This document shows, piece after piece, positions 26,405 through 40,186 of a DNA stretch of 64,000 nt. The position numbers and the translations under genes were made by a program. Source of the DNA: Phoronis australis. Its lineage: Eukaryota > Animalia > Phoronida. Location: positions 716,074-780,073 of the forward strand of contig NMRA01000044.1 of the NCBI GenBank assembly GCA_002633005.1. The letters are read 5' to 3'. Numbering within the stretch: position 1 is the first letter of the stretch; the number at the start of each line of letters is the position of its first letter. The notes under the pieces are model-generated. The model was given only the letters and a program-made list of their open reading frames with translations. It made no database searches and was not told where the DNA came from.

Positions 26405-29400
26405 TCAGACACCACATTTCACAGTGGCTGGATATTCACACCGGCACGACTTGGTGCTGAACAGGAGACCTGGCAGGCAGGGTTGAGTGAAGGCTTGATG
26501 TCCGGTGACAGACTGTTGGAATGTGGAGCAGCCGCGGTTTGGCACGTAGTGATTCAGAAGGCCACCTATCGTCTGATTACAATACAGGGGGTCGGCAATG
26601 GCTGAAAGAAAAGACACTTATTCTAGAATTACAATATCAGCTGTTGATTTTCGGTCATCTAATTTCTGAGTCGTATTCGCATCCGTTTCTAATTTTACCC
26701 TCACGCTGTCTTCGATTTTCTTCGTCGCATTAATTCACGAAAATATTATTTATGCGGGCATATTGTACTTTTTTAATCACTTGGAAATCCATTTTTTCTA
26801 TGTTTTTTACTTACCCCCACATACACGAGAACTTAGGGCGCCAACCAAGTTGGTTACGTTGCTCACTGAAAGCCAAACGACGTGCTCCGATGAGTCACCA
26901 ATGGCTGAAATCTCAGCCCATCCGTACTGCCACCTGCCGGCACCAATAGCATACAACGATATTCCTTTTTGGCGTGCTTTTTCCGAGTAATTTTTGCTAG
27001 ACTCAATCCTGTCCGTCCGTCAGTCACCACAATACCAATCTTCTTTGCGTTTGCTCTACCCCCTCTTACGGCGTTGAAGTACGTTGTATACATTTTCTCA
27101 ATGGCTATTCCACTGGAAAAGCTCGTGGCACATGATTTAACCGCGGGATAAGATGAATTCTTTAAAGCCTGCAGAATTAAAGGGTGTTAAAAATGCCATT
27201 AAACCATGTTGAAATGAATTACATCTCAACATTTTTTACACTATATCATAGTTATTTTTTTGAATAATGACCAAAATACCAACTGTTCAACTGGTAAAAT
27301 GTATTTCATACAGCCTAATTTCGTCAATCTCGTTAGTATGCGTGAACCAGTTTCTTGTCACGAGCAGGGAAGGGAACTTTAAGTTAACTGACGTAATAGT
27401 TACTTTGGCAAAAGGGATTGTCAGAAGAAGTAAAAACGAAGGTTTGATGAATGTACTGTCAACAATCGTATGGAGTACATAAAATACGCAGCGCTACAGA
27501 AACAGCAAAAACGTGTAAATGCGTAAAAACGTATTGGTACACATGCATGAGGTATTGGTTACTACTAGATCACTTCTCACTCTGAAAGAAAATACTTTAT
27601 AAGTTTCTGCTGTCAAACCAAAAAGCAAGCTTGAAAACCTTTACTAACTGTTACGACGACACGTGTGACGAGTGTTTGGCGCTAGGTACAAAAACTGACA
27701 AACTCGGCGGCGTCAACTTTGTAATACAATGAAAAAGACGTTTAGCCGTACAATGCTTTTGTCTTTCTCGAATATTACTTGTCACTCAACAGCAGGTGGC
27801 AGAACCTAGGACGCTTTGTATCACGCGTTAAATCTAGTTGCACGAGCTCGTCATGAGCAAAAGCTTCAAAAAAATCCTTCCACGACACGTTTTACTTCGC
27901 TACACATGATTATTTCCTATGAAACTGCTGGCATGTGTAAAGTAGAAAGCCACTCACGGGATTAAACATAAATTATATCTCCATGATCTCCATACAAACT
28001 CGTGAGATTTCAGTGCTGGTTACTCAAAAAACGAGCTTTGGCAGTCAGTAAGCCCATTCTTTTCAACTTAGGAGTGACTCCGTATAAAAACCAACAGGGA
28101 GAGTATATACCCAACATGACAGATTTTTTTGAGAATCAGCACATGAATTTGTTTTGTTGTGATGTAGAACAATCTCGCTCTTGAAGAATTTTCATCCATA
28201 ATTTCTCTCTTTATGACCTGTACCTTCATGTTGCAACAAAATTTGCCGCCGAAGTAGATATATTTTAATGCATTTTACTAGGATGTATAGTAAGTTGATA
28301 AGAAATGAGTGATACGGTTTGAAATGTAATGAGATTTATGGCACTCTGACATAAATCCTATTATTTGGGCAAATACTATTATAGAGCCCTTCATGCTTCA
28401 TATCCAACTCCTGGTTAGTTCCTACCAAGTCCGATGGTTGCGCTGTTTGTTCTTTCTCTCCAGCTTCCTGTTGGCCCAGCCTCAAGCAACAGTACATTCA
28501 CTCGTAAGTTTTCCTAATTAGACAAGTTTATACCTCTCCCGCCCTCCCTACCCGGGGTACCACAAAATTTCACGTCAACCGTTTTCTACCTTTACCACGC
28601 TCCATCCCTTTTGCCGAACAAAATCTGCTGTTGGTTATTGTTGTTTTTACAGCCACTGCTGGTACCTTCTTCAAGCCCGGAGCGTGTTACCGTCAGGCAA
28701 GAACCGACGTCATTGGCTAGCGACCAGACCTGTACTTGAGCGTCCATTACTGCAGCTTGCTTCTCTCCACCCCGGTCACAGCTCTCGGCACATACTGAGC
28801 CACAACACCACGCTTCTTACAATATCTCTTTTTATCACTCCGGCTGGTCTGCTCACTCAGCTTGTCCGGAACCTGCTTTGCAGGTTGTTATAGCCCAGTT
28901 GGCTGTTTGGTGTACCCACTTGGTACTTTATATGATATTTGCCCATTTGGCAGTTTGTACCCACTTGGTACTTGTTATTGAATTTGCCGCTTTGCTCGAC
29001 CCAGTTGGTAGGCAATCGGCCAATACCCATTTGGTATTATGTACCCATTTGGTACTATGCTAACCTGTGCCACTTAGTATCCGATACTCAGTTACACTTT
29101 GGGTATCGGAAATNACCCTCGACAAGGCTTTACAAATAGCAATTCTTACAATTCAAAGGTATTTATTTCCATTTAAAAACTCTAAGGATTGTTCAGATTA
29201 GCCTGTTGAGAGACGAAAGCAAGTGTTACATGTACAAGTTTTAAATATCTCCTCAAACTTAATGTCAACTGACTCACTTGACAAAAGTCATCGGTTTTAG
29301 TTTTGATACTTACCGTGAAATACAACCAGAAAAATTGTTTTCATTTGAAGGAGCTTCGACTTGATATTTATAACAATTTGATGCAAAATTCTTGTTAAAA

Positions 29401-30207
29401 TTTTCGCTCAAATGGTCTGTAAACTTTGCACATCGTTTCCAAAATAGACAACCTTTCACAAGAAAACTGTCCTTCAAACATAAGGATTGAATAAAAAAAT
29501 CAGAAAAGTTTGTATCTATTGACAACATTTGACAAATACTTTTCAGTTGATTGAAATTTTTACAATTGCTGCTGTTATTTCACATTCGTATATAGGTTTT
29601 TGAAAAGTCTAAACGTGGAATCGAACACAAGAGTGAAACTGCTGAATATCATATAACACAAACAGGGATCTTACATTTAGCAAGCCAGCACTGGTTGCGT
29701 ATTGGTCCAAATCAAAACACTTTCCGATGTGGGGAAAGGAAATGACCCCAACTTGGAATGCGTTTGGTCCAATCTCAAACCCTGACACAGTGTCGTGTAA
29801 CACCGACAGTATGTGGCCGTAGTTGTTGTTCATGCTGCCTGAGTTGTCGATCGCAATAATGACATCCGCTTGACCATTGCAGAGAGATTCGACTGAAACA
29901 CAAAAACGCTTAAGCGTCAAGTATTTTGCCGTAAAAATCATTTAGATCTGAGTCGCTGTCTTGAGGTTGGCCAAAAGGACTAAATGTTAGACTTGAAGGT
30001 CATTCGAGTAGACTGTTCGAAATAGTCGATTTGTAATATACTTTTCCCGAGGATCACCGTAACAATAAACAACTGAGCAGTAATTCAACTGCGACACATA
30101 CAAATTTGCTTAACTAGTAATATACTCACTTATGACGGAATTCTTTTCATTTCAAAAAACTTACCTTGACTCACAAAGAGCAGGCCAACAATGAACGTCA
30201 CATGCAT
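26405..30207 (-). pseudogene. VWA + chitin-binding protein copy 3; 1-nt frameshift (pseudogene or homopolymer assembly error)
   Basis: Exons 30207-30165 (MHVTFIVGLLFVSQ), 29892-29675, 27168-26815 and 26601-26405. The third exon is 354 nt versus 355 nt in copy 2; the missing base is at the T5 run 26991-26995. No other lesion seen in the coding exons. Confidence 0.8.
28895..29106. repeat. Dispersed array of a quasi-palindromic GTACCCA(C/T)TTGGTAC motif
   Basis: At least five variants of acccaNttggta between 28911 and 29056. Confidence 0.6.
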
Positions 30208-30547
30208 CTTCAGCTTTGCGCAACGGGAAAAGGAAGACGGGATTGGCCAAATGTTAGTGTACTTTTCTGATTAACTACAAACAAAAAGAATTAAGCTGCA
30301 AAGTCAAAGCTTAATTAAAGCTCAAAACACAACTAAACTTGTGTTACTGGATTACTTTTCTGTTAAACTGGAAAAGAGGAGTTCGTAACGTGACTTTGTA
30401 TGTTTTCAGCTTACAAAGAGTGACCATAATTTCCACTCATAAATACAAGAATAAAACTCTCCATTCCTTACTCTCGCACACGCACGCGAACTTCGGTGTG
30501 TTCGTGATTTGTTCGCAAGGTGTAAAGTTACATGGTTTAGCCGCTTT

Positions 30548-30555
30548 CTTTTATA
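30548..30555 (-). promoter_or_regulatory. TATA box, copy 3
   Basis: TATAAAAG at the position equivalent to the other copies; the flanks are more diverged. Confidence 0.6.
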
Positions 30556-31623
30556 CCATCCGCAAAATATGATGCACGTGTGCCATTGGCGTCAAAATCC
30601 CTGCGCTTGAAGTTGTGGGGAAAATAGCACGCTTTACACTTCCTTATTATCGATTCTCTTATTTGGATTGCAATATAAATTACCCTCTTAGTTCAGGGAA
30701 TTTTTGCTTCCTTGATAAAAACTTAGGATTTAGGCCTACATCTGGCAAGTGTCTTGTTTCTCCTTTACATAGTACAATTCTAAAACTTGTTGAGTTATAC
30801 TGAAGTCATGTCATATGGTCGTAAAAAGCAGGAGGGTTGGCCATATCTTGTTGGAATTGACTTTTTCCAACATTTTGAAAGGTTATGCGGAAATCAAATG
30901 CTACTTAGATTGAATGCTGCGAGTAATGATCCAGGGATTGTTTACACAATGTAACAGGTGTCAAAGTCTAGACAAAATCTAAAAAAGGAGCTTTATAACA
31001 TGCAAAATATACCCCGCGCACAAATTGTGACTGTGGCAAGTTTTCGTTACTCAAATCACAAACTTTAATTGAAGTACACTGACAATTAGATATCGACCGG
31101 GCTGACATATCGTGCGCCTTCAGTCCCATTATTACGCTCTTTTCTTTTTAATTGTAATGCACACACTGAATTTAGAGAACGGCAAATTGACATGCATTAG
31201 GCTAAACAGCCTTCCGTATTTAAATTCATTAAACTGATGACAGCTAGATGACAACGGGCAATTTGTTAAGCTTTGCAAATACGTTTTATAAGGCTTTCAA
31301 CTTCTTGAAAGCTTGTTACTCACTCAAATATCTAGGTTGGGTATCCGGCTGGCATCATTTTGATAGTATCACTTTACTTACGTCATTTTTCTCACATTCT
31401 TTTCCTTTGCGTCCCTGCGGATGGCCATGGGCTGCCTTCAACATCTCAGTTGTGGCGCTTTTTGTTGCCCATCTTACCAAAGATTATTATTTTTCGCATA
31501 GTCACCCCTATTCTTTGTATTTCAATTATCACACAATAAATTACCTTATTTCGCCAGTCTTGGTCTCCTTTTCATGGCTGGTAACTAGCTTGTGACGCAT
31601 ATATTTTTCATTGTTAATACATA

Positions 31624-32061
31624 CATGGGGGGTCACCATATTCGTTTGACTTCAAAACCACTTGCCCGGACTTTAAAACCAGTTGCCTGGACTGCAAAAC
31701 CGAATGGCCGGTGATCAAACGTGTTCTCCGGACTTCAAAACGCGATGGCGTCACTCAAAAAAACTAGTTGGCTGGACACCGTGGCCGGTGCTATAACCAG
31801 TTGGCCGGAGTTCAAACACGACGGACGGACTTCCTTCGAAGCTTGCTTCGGCCATTGTGTTTAAGCCCCGGCCAGCCCGTTTTAAGTTCGTCCAACCATT
31901 TTTGGGTGCGACCATCTGTTTTTGATGTACCGGTAAACCGGTTTTGAGGACTGACTACCAAGTTAAAACACTGTTCATTCGATTTAGTAGTCCAGCCGGT
32001 TGGTTTTTAAGTCCGGGCGAGTGTTTTTAAGTCCGACCAATTGTTGATTCCCCCCTTGACA
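31624..32061. mobile_element. Foldback element built of ~21-bp subrepeats
   Basis: ccggactttaaaacc-type units on the left mirror ggtttttaagtccgg-type units on the right; termini ggggggtcacca / tgttgattcccccc. Confidence 0.65.
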
Positions 32062-34809
32062 TACAGTACGTCGGTCATAAATGTCGTTTTTGTACGATGT
32101 GCATACGGCCTAGCTTTATTGCAGAAATAAAATTGATAGCTTGATTGAATGTACACACTTAGTGTATGGCACGCCCTTAGACTTCGTGTTTTATTTTTGC
32201 GATAAGTCCGGTCTGAGTTTATGTAGCAGAATAACAACAGTAGGCCAACAAAGAAACCAAAAGCAAAAGAAATAAACTTCACTTACTCTAGAGGTTTGAA
32301 AAATTAAACCAGTGTCAATTTCATCCAAAACTCCAAAAACCCGAATAGGTCGTGAATTTGCAAGGTTTCGAGTGAATAGAATTATCTTGCTTTTCAGTGA
32401 CTTTCTCACTTCTGTGGAACGCATCTTTGCCTTAGAAGATAAGCGATTGGCTTGAGGTATTTCAACAGTCCTTTAAAAGTAAAACGTGAGAAACAGATTA
32501 TATCATGCTAACATTTCCCATATAAATTACTCGAAACAGTATCAGTGCAGTATGTTTTTCACGCCTAATTCCCAATAAACTATGAACGTTTACATGATTC
32601 ATAGATGTACGTGTTCGGTAAGAAGATCTTGACAATTTGAAATGTATCTTTTGGAATTTTGTCACACGGTACGAGAACAGGGTTATATGAAAAAGTTCGC
32701 TATCAGAAAATGAAAGTCACAAATGGCTGATTTAGTTTCAGAAACAGGGTATAAATTCCAAATGTTAAAAGGGCTGTTTAGGGCGACATTCAGTGAATAA
32801 TATTGGTATGAAGATAAGCTGAACATGAGATTGAAATATTAAGACATTTTCTTCTGCTATGTAATCCACTGGAAATGGTCTTTACCAATACCCGTAATGG
32901 AGCGTGTTCTGTTGTCTCCACACCTAAACTGAAGCTGGTTACTTCATCAACAAAATGCGATGTTTAAATCTATCCACATCACGATGAAGCGATTTCCATT
33001 TCTAAACGTGTCATCCACGAAAACAGCAAGTACAACCAGATTTTAAGAAGTGTGCCATTACGTCGAAAATTGGGTCGCTTCTAGTGAATATCAAGTGACC
33101 CTTCAATTCCTTTTAATGGTAAACATCAATTCTTATCACGGCAAGGAAAACTTCAAGAAAACTTTGCGGGATATCCATGTTATCTCGTAAATTGGCATGA
33201 AATGCACCTTAAGCATTCGTAATGAAAGAGCTCCTTCTCTGTGGAACAGTAAACCAATAGCTGAACATTCAATTTGGTGACTAGTTTTTAGCTTTTCTAG
33301 TCTGTATCAAACGGCAGTTGCATATCTTAAATCGTTACAAATCCCCTACAGAACACATGCATGTATTAAATGTGTCTAATATTTTTGGAAATTAGGATTG
33401 CACAAACAATTGTTTTTTGAGTATATTTTATGTGTCTCGTGATACGACATATAAAGCGATCCCGAAGGAGCCCCCCTTCACTACATGTACTTGCACACTT
33501 TGGTGGCGCAGCAAAAACGATTGTTGTGCATTGTTGTCAAGGTCGCAATGTCTCGTTTTAGCATCCATGTTAACGCAAACGTGAAAGCGCACGTGTTCGA
33601 AACATGCAAAACCATTTTAATTTGGACATAGCACCTCGTTTTCAAGCATAATGGCGAATTCGTGCAAGTACTGAATGGAGTTTCGCACCTTGTTTTCGAA
33701 AAAGCTTGCATAAGGACTCTAATTCTCGGTGGGAACCTTTTCTGAAATCCATGTGAAACGTGAAAGAGGTAGAAAATTGTCAAGCAACGAAATTTCTCTT
33801 TCTTTTAAACAAAAATCAGTTTCTAAAGGAAATCCGTAGGCGCCGTAGCTTTTGTCGTGGTCGATAATCGTCAATATCATCATCACCATAAAAATCCTTA
33901 ACATCAAAAAAATAAAACTTGTCATGCTGTTACCGACGATGACAATAACAAAAGGATGTCATTTAACAAGGCCTTCATGAAAATGTTCTTTCGCCCCGGA
34001 TGTGAGCGCTCCTTTTTGACAATATGAAAATGTAAAAAAACACAAACGTCAAGTTATTTATGATCCACTTGACATTTGCATGTATGGTCAATAAAGTTAA
34101 TGAACATGATAAGCGTAAAAACACGTTCTGTTGACACGTGCGATTAACAAACACGCCACTCATTGGATGGAACATACGATAGATATGTCACCCATAAGAG
34201 GAGCCCACAACAAACATATCATTTATCACCTGTTCCTTATGCAGTCATTGGTTTTATCAAAACAGAATTGTCGGTAGTTATGCTCTAAAAGGGTGTCCAG
34301 TACTTACTGCTAACGCTCCCGCACCTACAGTTACTAGCTTCACACATCTTACTACCTCGCAGTTACAGTGAACGCCAGGTGTGTAGTATGCTATCTCGCG
34401 AGATAAACGAGAACGTCATTGGGCGGACATTTTTGAAATCAGATGAAAGAAGGAATTTGGCTTCCACCTTCTGAGAGACAATGAGCGATGTGAGTATATT
34501 TTTAACGTAGTGCATTTGTTGAATTTTCCCTAGTAGTAAGTTAAAGCTTCACATGATGTATTTTATTTAAAGGTGGTAGTCCAGTAGTCGGTAATTGACA
34601 CAACCTGGCCCTTCGCAGTCAGCCTCAGCCTCAGCCAGACCTCAAAATTCAGGCGGTGTCGAGTCTCAACCAACGGCTACGTACGTCTTACTGTAGTTGT
34701 AGGTGTGCTTCCACTAAATCATTTGAGCATATAAGCCAAAAGGTTAGCACAATTGCTAGTTTAATTGGTGTCGCTGGTTTTCCAGGTTGAGTACAGTAAT
34801 CGGGGTAAT

Positions 34810-36618
34810 ATATGATTATTAATCAAGGATTGCTGTTATGCCTTTGATCACAAGATACCACCTCAAACTAAGAACTTCTGACAAAGCCAAAGTTTAATTG
34901 ATACGTTATGTAGGTGGCCTTACTCAGGGTCAATTTCAAAGGTGTAGGCACAGACTGTCATTTTGTCAAATGACTGAACACAACCTCAAGTATTTGAACT
35001 GTATAAAAAGAAACTGATCAATTAAAATACTTCAAAGCAACTGCCGTTTACTATAACAACTACCATACAGTAGACTATAACAGCGACAGAAATGAATCGA
35101 AACTAGTAGGCCTAAACATAACCATAGTTTTACAGTAAACAGACCACCAAGTTGTATTCTCAATGCACGAGTGAGATCCGTAATCTAGTACAAATTTACT
35201 AGGCACAACTTATTCACTAGGAATGTCTTCTGAGTTGCAGCTCGTTTTGCTTCGGACACTCGTGTACTAATATGTCTGCTGACTGCTTGTGACATATTAG
35301 AGCTTAGATTTTGCTATTGTACTTCCTGAAGCTAAGTACAGAAGTGCACGCTTTCAAATTGGGTATGTGTATAGCACGTGCACATTGCCCTACCTAAAAT
35401 ATAACGTAGAGTAAACAAGCTGATGTAACACTCTATGGAGTTGACTCAACAAGAAAATGCGAATATCTCTTGGAGTAACAAGTGAGCGATGGTAAAAACA
35501 TTACCTTATGATTGCACTTACTGCCTTACACACTATCAGTATGTGAATGTTGTGGGGCTACTTGAACACAGAAATTTCAGGTTATTCAAGAAGCTTTTCA
35601 TGATCCATGGGATCTCGGTTTCGCTGAATAGTCAACTGATGCTGGGCTGATTGGTGCGAACGCAAGTAAAATAATGTAAAGACTTGTATTTTCTTTCTAT
35701 CGAAGACTATTCTAACTAACCGGCCTAGTAAATACCGATCCTTGAGTGGATGACGTTATTAATATGTGACCAAGACACGTAGTGGACGAAATCGAGGACT
35801 AAACATCTACCACAGTAAAATAACGTAAATACTCAGTCAATAACACCAAGGATTTTACTAAAGGAATACGGCAATGTTGAAGTGTTCTATTGCGTACTGA
35901 TATGCCGTAAAATAGATCTACCATAACATTCTGAAAACTAAATAGGCCTAAGGTTAGCATTGTTGTAAGTGAAGCTTCGTTGGTGACTTACCTGTCAAGC
36001 AAAATCTTTCTTTACTGTGAATGTGTAACAGCCATCTGGGACCACAGATAATTCCAGCACTCAAACTGATCTTCAATTAAAACTTTACAGCGGTAAGAGT
36101 CAACTCGAGGACGCTTAGCAAGCCTTTCCAACGAAGAACGACCTATCTTATGTCGAACGCCTGACATTACTAGTTTGGTGTGCGTGAATTTGAATTCTGC
36201 TTAATCTGAAGATCGCTCATACGTGAGCTTGGAATTAAATACACATTAAAGAAATTAATTAAATACTTTTGTTCAATGTAGATAATTTTTGTAATTATTT
36301 GTCCCACAAGCACCCAACACGTCAACGAATTATAGTAATGTCAACGTGATTGTTTGAGTAGAGAATTCACGTTTTCTAGGGTATTCCAAGTTCATGTAGG
36401 CCCATATACTATTTTGAGATTTAGCAAAATCCTAAGCTCATGTTTGACTTTCGAAGTTCGATTGACACTTCGCCTGACATCCGCAATTTCTTGATGCACC
36501 ACCAGAAAAATAAAATTAAGCTAAGAGTCTGTATTAAATTCAGTTCATTTTGAAAAAATTCGATGTCATGTCGAAAGACTATTATTTGGGCTTTGGTTTC
36601 CAATAAAAGTGCTTGAGT
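34810..36618. repeat. Left arm of long inverted repeat (partner 43262-45330)
   Basis: Colinear reverse-complement matches along its length, e.g. ttaatctgaagatcgc / gcgatcttcagattaa and tttctttctatcgaagactatt / aatagtcttcgatagaaagaaa. Confidence 0.85.
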
Positions 36619-37964
36619 AAAGATCCGTTTCATGAAGTTTTTAACAAAAATGGAGCGGAAATAGTATCTTTAAGCTTCAGTCCACATTTTTGCACCAACT
36701 TCTGTGCAATAACCGTGCCAAGTAACCCTATTATAACCTCAATGAACGGGCGTATCAAGGCGTATCAGTGACATTGTTAGCGAACCATTCTAAATTTGAC
36801 CACTTCGTGTCAATCGCAGGATAGACAACTTTTTTGTCTGTATTAAGCGGTAGGCAACCGAATTCAGGAAAAATGGCCTGGAACTCAGAACAAAAGGCCT
36901 GAAACTGGTGGTAATCATTTTCAACTAACTCGTTGAAAAAGTTGCTTAGGTAGCTGCTACGTCCTGCATGTATACTCCGATTCTAGTGCACCGCTCCGAT
37001 GAGCCGTTTTATTCTGGAAACCGTGTGTCTTTTGCTGAATGCAAAGTATTCGCGGATTGCGTGGGTATGGTAATTGTTGATACCACCGCCAAAATTTCAT
37101 GCAATCTCGAGTCACATTTGACAGAAGTGATTAATCACTGTTGAAATCAATCATAGTATTTTCCTGTCGACAAAATATGCATGACGTTTCAGTTCATACG
37201 CTAATGTCTCGTATATAAACAATCAGAGTGCATAGAGAGGGTTTCGCGTATTTTTACGCAATTTTTAAGACGTAAGCCTACAGCAAAGTACGTCAGCACC
37301 GCTGTGCACGCGATTGTGCTGTGCAAGCACCTACTGTACACGACCCGCTGAACGTAGACATTTTTTCTCACAACATACGTGAAGAATCATGTAAAACGAT
37401 GGTTAATAGTCAAGGTTTGCGACAGTTCATGCAGGATTTTGGATTGGCGTTATTTGACTCCGTTTGCTGAGGTATGGCACTGTAAATTTTTCCTGAAAAC
37501 TACTTCAATGAAATGGAGACATTTCCAGGCATCTTTTGCCGCAACACTCATTAGCTGAGAGATGTTGCAAATTTCTTGGAAATAGATTGGTGTAAAAGAG
37601 CCACGTTGTGTAAATTGTCTTTTGAGGGTCGAAGACGAGCTTTCAGTTCTTTATGGTAGACCTAAAAGACCTACTGCAACAAAAGATTGCAAGAACGCTT
37701 TAACAATAAAAAAAACTTGTTACCTGATCCTGGAAACTCCTTTCGTGTGCTGTTGAAACTGCTGGGTGTGCATTTCTGACTATAGCATAAAAATCCTCAT
37801 GTTAAAAAAACATGTAAAGCATATAGGGACACATCTATAAGTTCGACCTGGCATATTTGATAGAATTTCATTCACACAATCCGAGAAAGAAGGCGTTAAG
37901 TGTGTGAACGGTTTTCTTCCGTGTGAAAAATATCATGCAAACTCATGAAATATGACGTTGCTTT

Positions 37965-38258
37965 CGTAACATGTAACAATGGTACAGTTCTAGCATGTGC
38001 ATTCGACGTAAATTGTAACAATTCCATAAAATGTAACAGCTTGTCACATTTTAGGAGAGGCCTAGCAACGTAAAATGTAACAATGACGCATAACGTAACA
38101 GTTGTAATACTTACGAATTTGTTACATTTTACGGCGAATCACTGCACTTGTATCACTGGCTGAAGTAGGATGTCGTACGGGGTAAAGACGACGTATGTAG
38201 ACAATAACAATAGTCTAATAATAATATTAATAATAATGATGATGATAATAATAATAAT
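37965..38258. repeat. TGTAACA-motif repeat followed by (AAT)n microsatellite
   Basis: Multiple tgtaaca units plus an inverted tgttacattttac; (AAT/GAT)n at 38203-38258. Confidence 0.6.
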
Positions 38259-40186
38259 AGTGCAATAACCCTTTCAAGTAATCCTACTATAACCTCTTTG
38301 TTTATTGCACAGACACATGACACGGTCAATGAAGGGGCGTATCAAGGCGTATCAGTGACAGGGTTGGCTAACCATTCTAAATTCGGCCACTTCGAGTCAA
38401 GATGGCAGGATACACGCGTTTTCTGTCTGTAATAAGGAGTTATTAGTAAGCCTACAGGTTTAGAACAAATGGCCTGAAACTGGTGGTACTCAGACAATTC
38501 CAATTAACTTTTGTTGTTTAAAATGTTGCCTAGGTAACTGCGACGTTCAATAAAGTGCAACATGGTACGAGTGTTTTCTTTTGTGAAATGGGTGTATTAG
38601 CTTAGTCCTTTCGGAAAGTTCATCGACTAGTCTATATTTTTTAATCGTGTATGTATATATTCCTTTGATCTACTGACTCTCCGATGAGCCGTTTTATTCT
38701 GGAGTATTCACGGAGTGCATCGGTACGGGTATTAATGACAGGTCCGCAAAAAGGTTCATGCAATCTCGTCAAAAGTGACGGAAGGGATTAGTCACCGATC
38801 TCTTAATTTTTAAAATCATCCATGCTATTTTTCTGTCGACAACTGTACATGACGTTTCAGCTCACACTCCAGTTTGTCGTGTATAGACAGCCAGGGATTC
38901 GGATGGTTACACCGTTTTTAATACGCATGCCTACTGCAAAGATCGTCAGTACGACTCGCTGAATGTCTGCGACAAAGACCTCTTTTCCCACAGCATGCGT
39001 GAAGGAGCGTTTGATAACATTGAACGGCAGTTCATAAAGGATTTTGAAGAGGCGTTATTTGACTCATTTTTCTGAAGCATGAGACTGAAAACTACTTCAA
39101 TGAAATAGAAGACATTTCCAGGCATGTTTTGCCACAGCACTAAGTAGCTGAGGAATGTTGCAAATTTCTTCGAAACTGGTTTGTGTAAAAAACCCTCGTT
39201 GTGTCAACACATTGTTCTTTGACCGTTGAAGAAGAACAAAGTTTTCAGTTTTGTATGGTAGACGTAGAATGACATTACTTTAAAAAGTTTTTAGTACAAT
39301 ATAAAATTAATGAAACTAAATTAAAATTTCCACAACAATTTTAAATGAAAGATGTGAAGTTTTTTTGCAGTAAATCAGCCTTTGTGCATGGCGTTAATTT
39401 CGATGCTTACCACCCTTTCTTTTCTGTACCCTTTGTTCTTATTCGTATTCGAATGGGTTAAAAATGTTATCATCAACATTTACAGCTGGCCAACCATGCC
39501 TTCCACCCTGTGTGTGTGGATGTCTGGGTCACAGTCCAGTGGTGAAAATAATTATGATGATACTTAAAGTGTCACAATAAAAACATAGCTGTTCTAGGGT
39601 TTATTGTATTCCAATCCATGGCATTAATATACATGATGATTTCAGTTGTTTTGTATGAAGCCGAGCAATAACCACATTAACAATGACTTCAACAGTAACT
39701 CTTTGAAGCGTTGCAGATAACTGACCTCTGGATCAGTGTGTGTGTGGTGTTGTGCAAAAACCTTTTCGAAATCTTTAACATTAGACCAGCTTGATATCTG
39801 TATTTGAAATCTACACTCTGTTTTCGTTGGCAAAATACCTGGTTACCATGACAACGATGGACATATCAGCTTGATAGCAGCAGTTTCAACGGAGGCCCGT
39901 AAAAATGCGTTCACCTTGAAATTCTTGATGCTTGCAGAAAAATACACTTTTGACATGATAACGCTGCACTTTTGCGACTCACTAATTCTCTTAATTTCAA
40001 GGGAGGTTATAAGAAGTATTGTGAGTATGGTTGTCAGTTTCTAATATGGCTTTGCCATCAGACAAAGAGTTGCTGATTTTGGTGGCTTGACTATCACACA
40101 ATATTTAATTTGACCGGGTAAAATTTCCTTGGTATATTTCTTTCCGATTACTATCGTTTCAATTTAATTAAAATTTCACACGCCAA

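Noticed and set aside
28895-29106. CRISPR-like repeat-spacer appearance
   Set aside because: Repeats are short and degenerate with irregular spacing, in a eukaryotic intron, with no cas genes.
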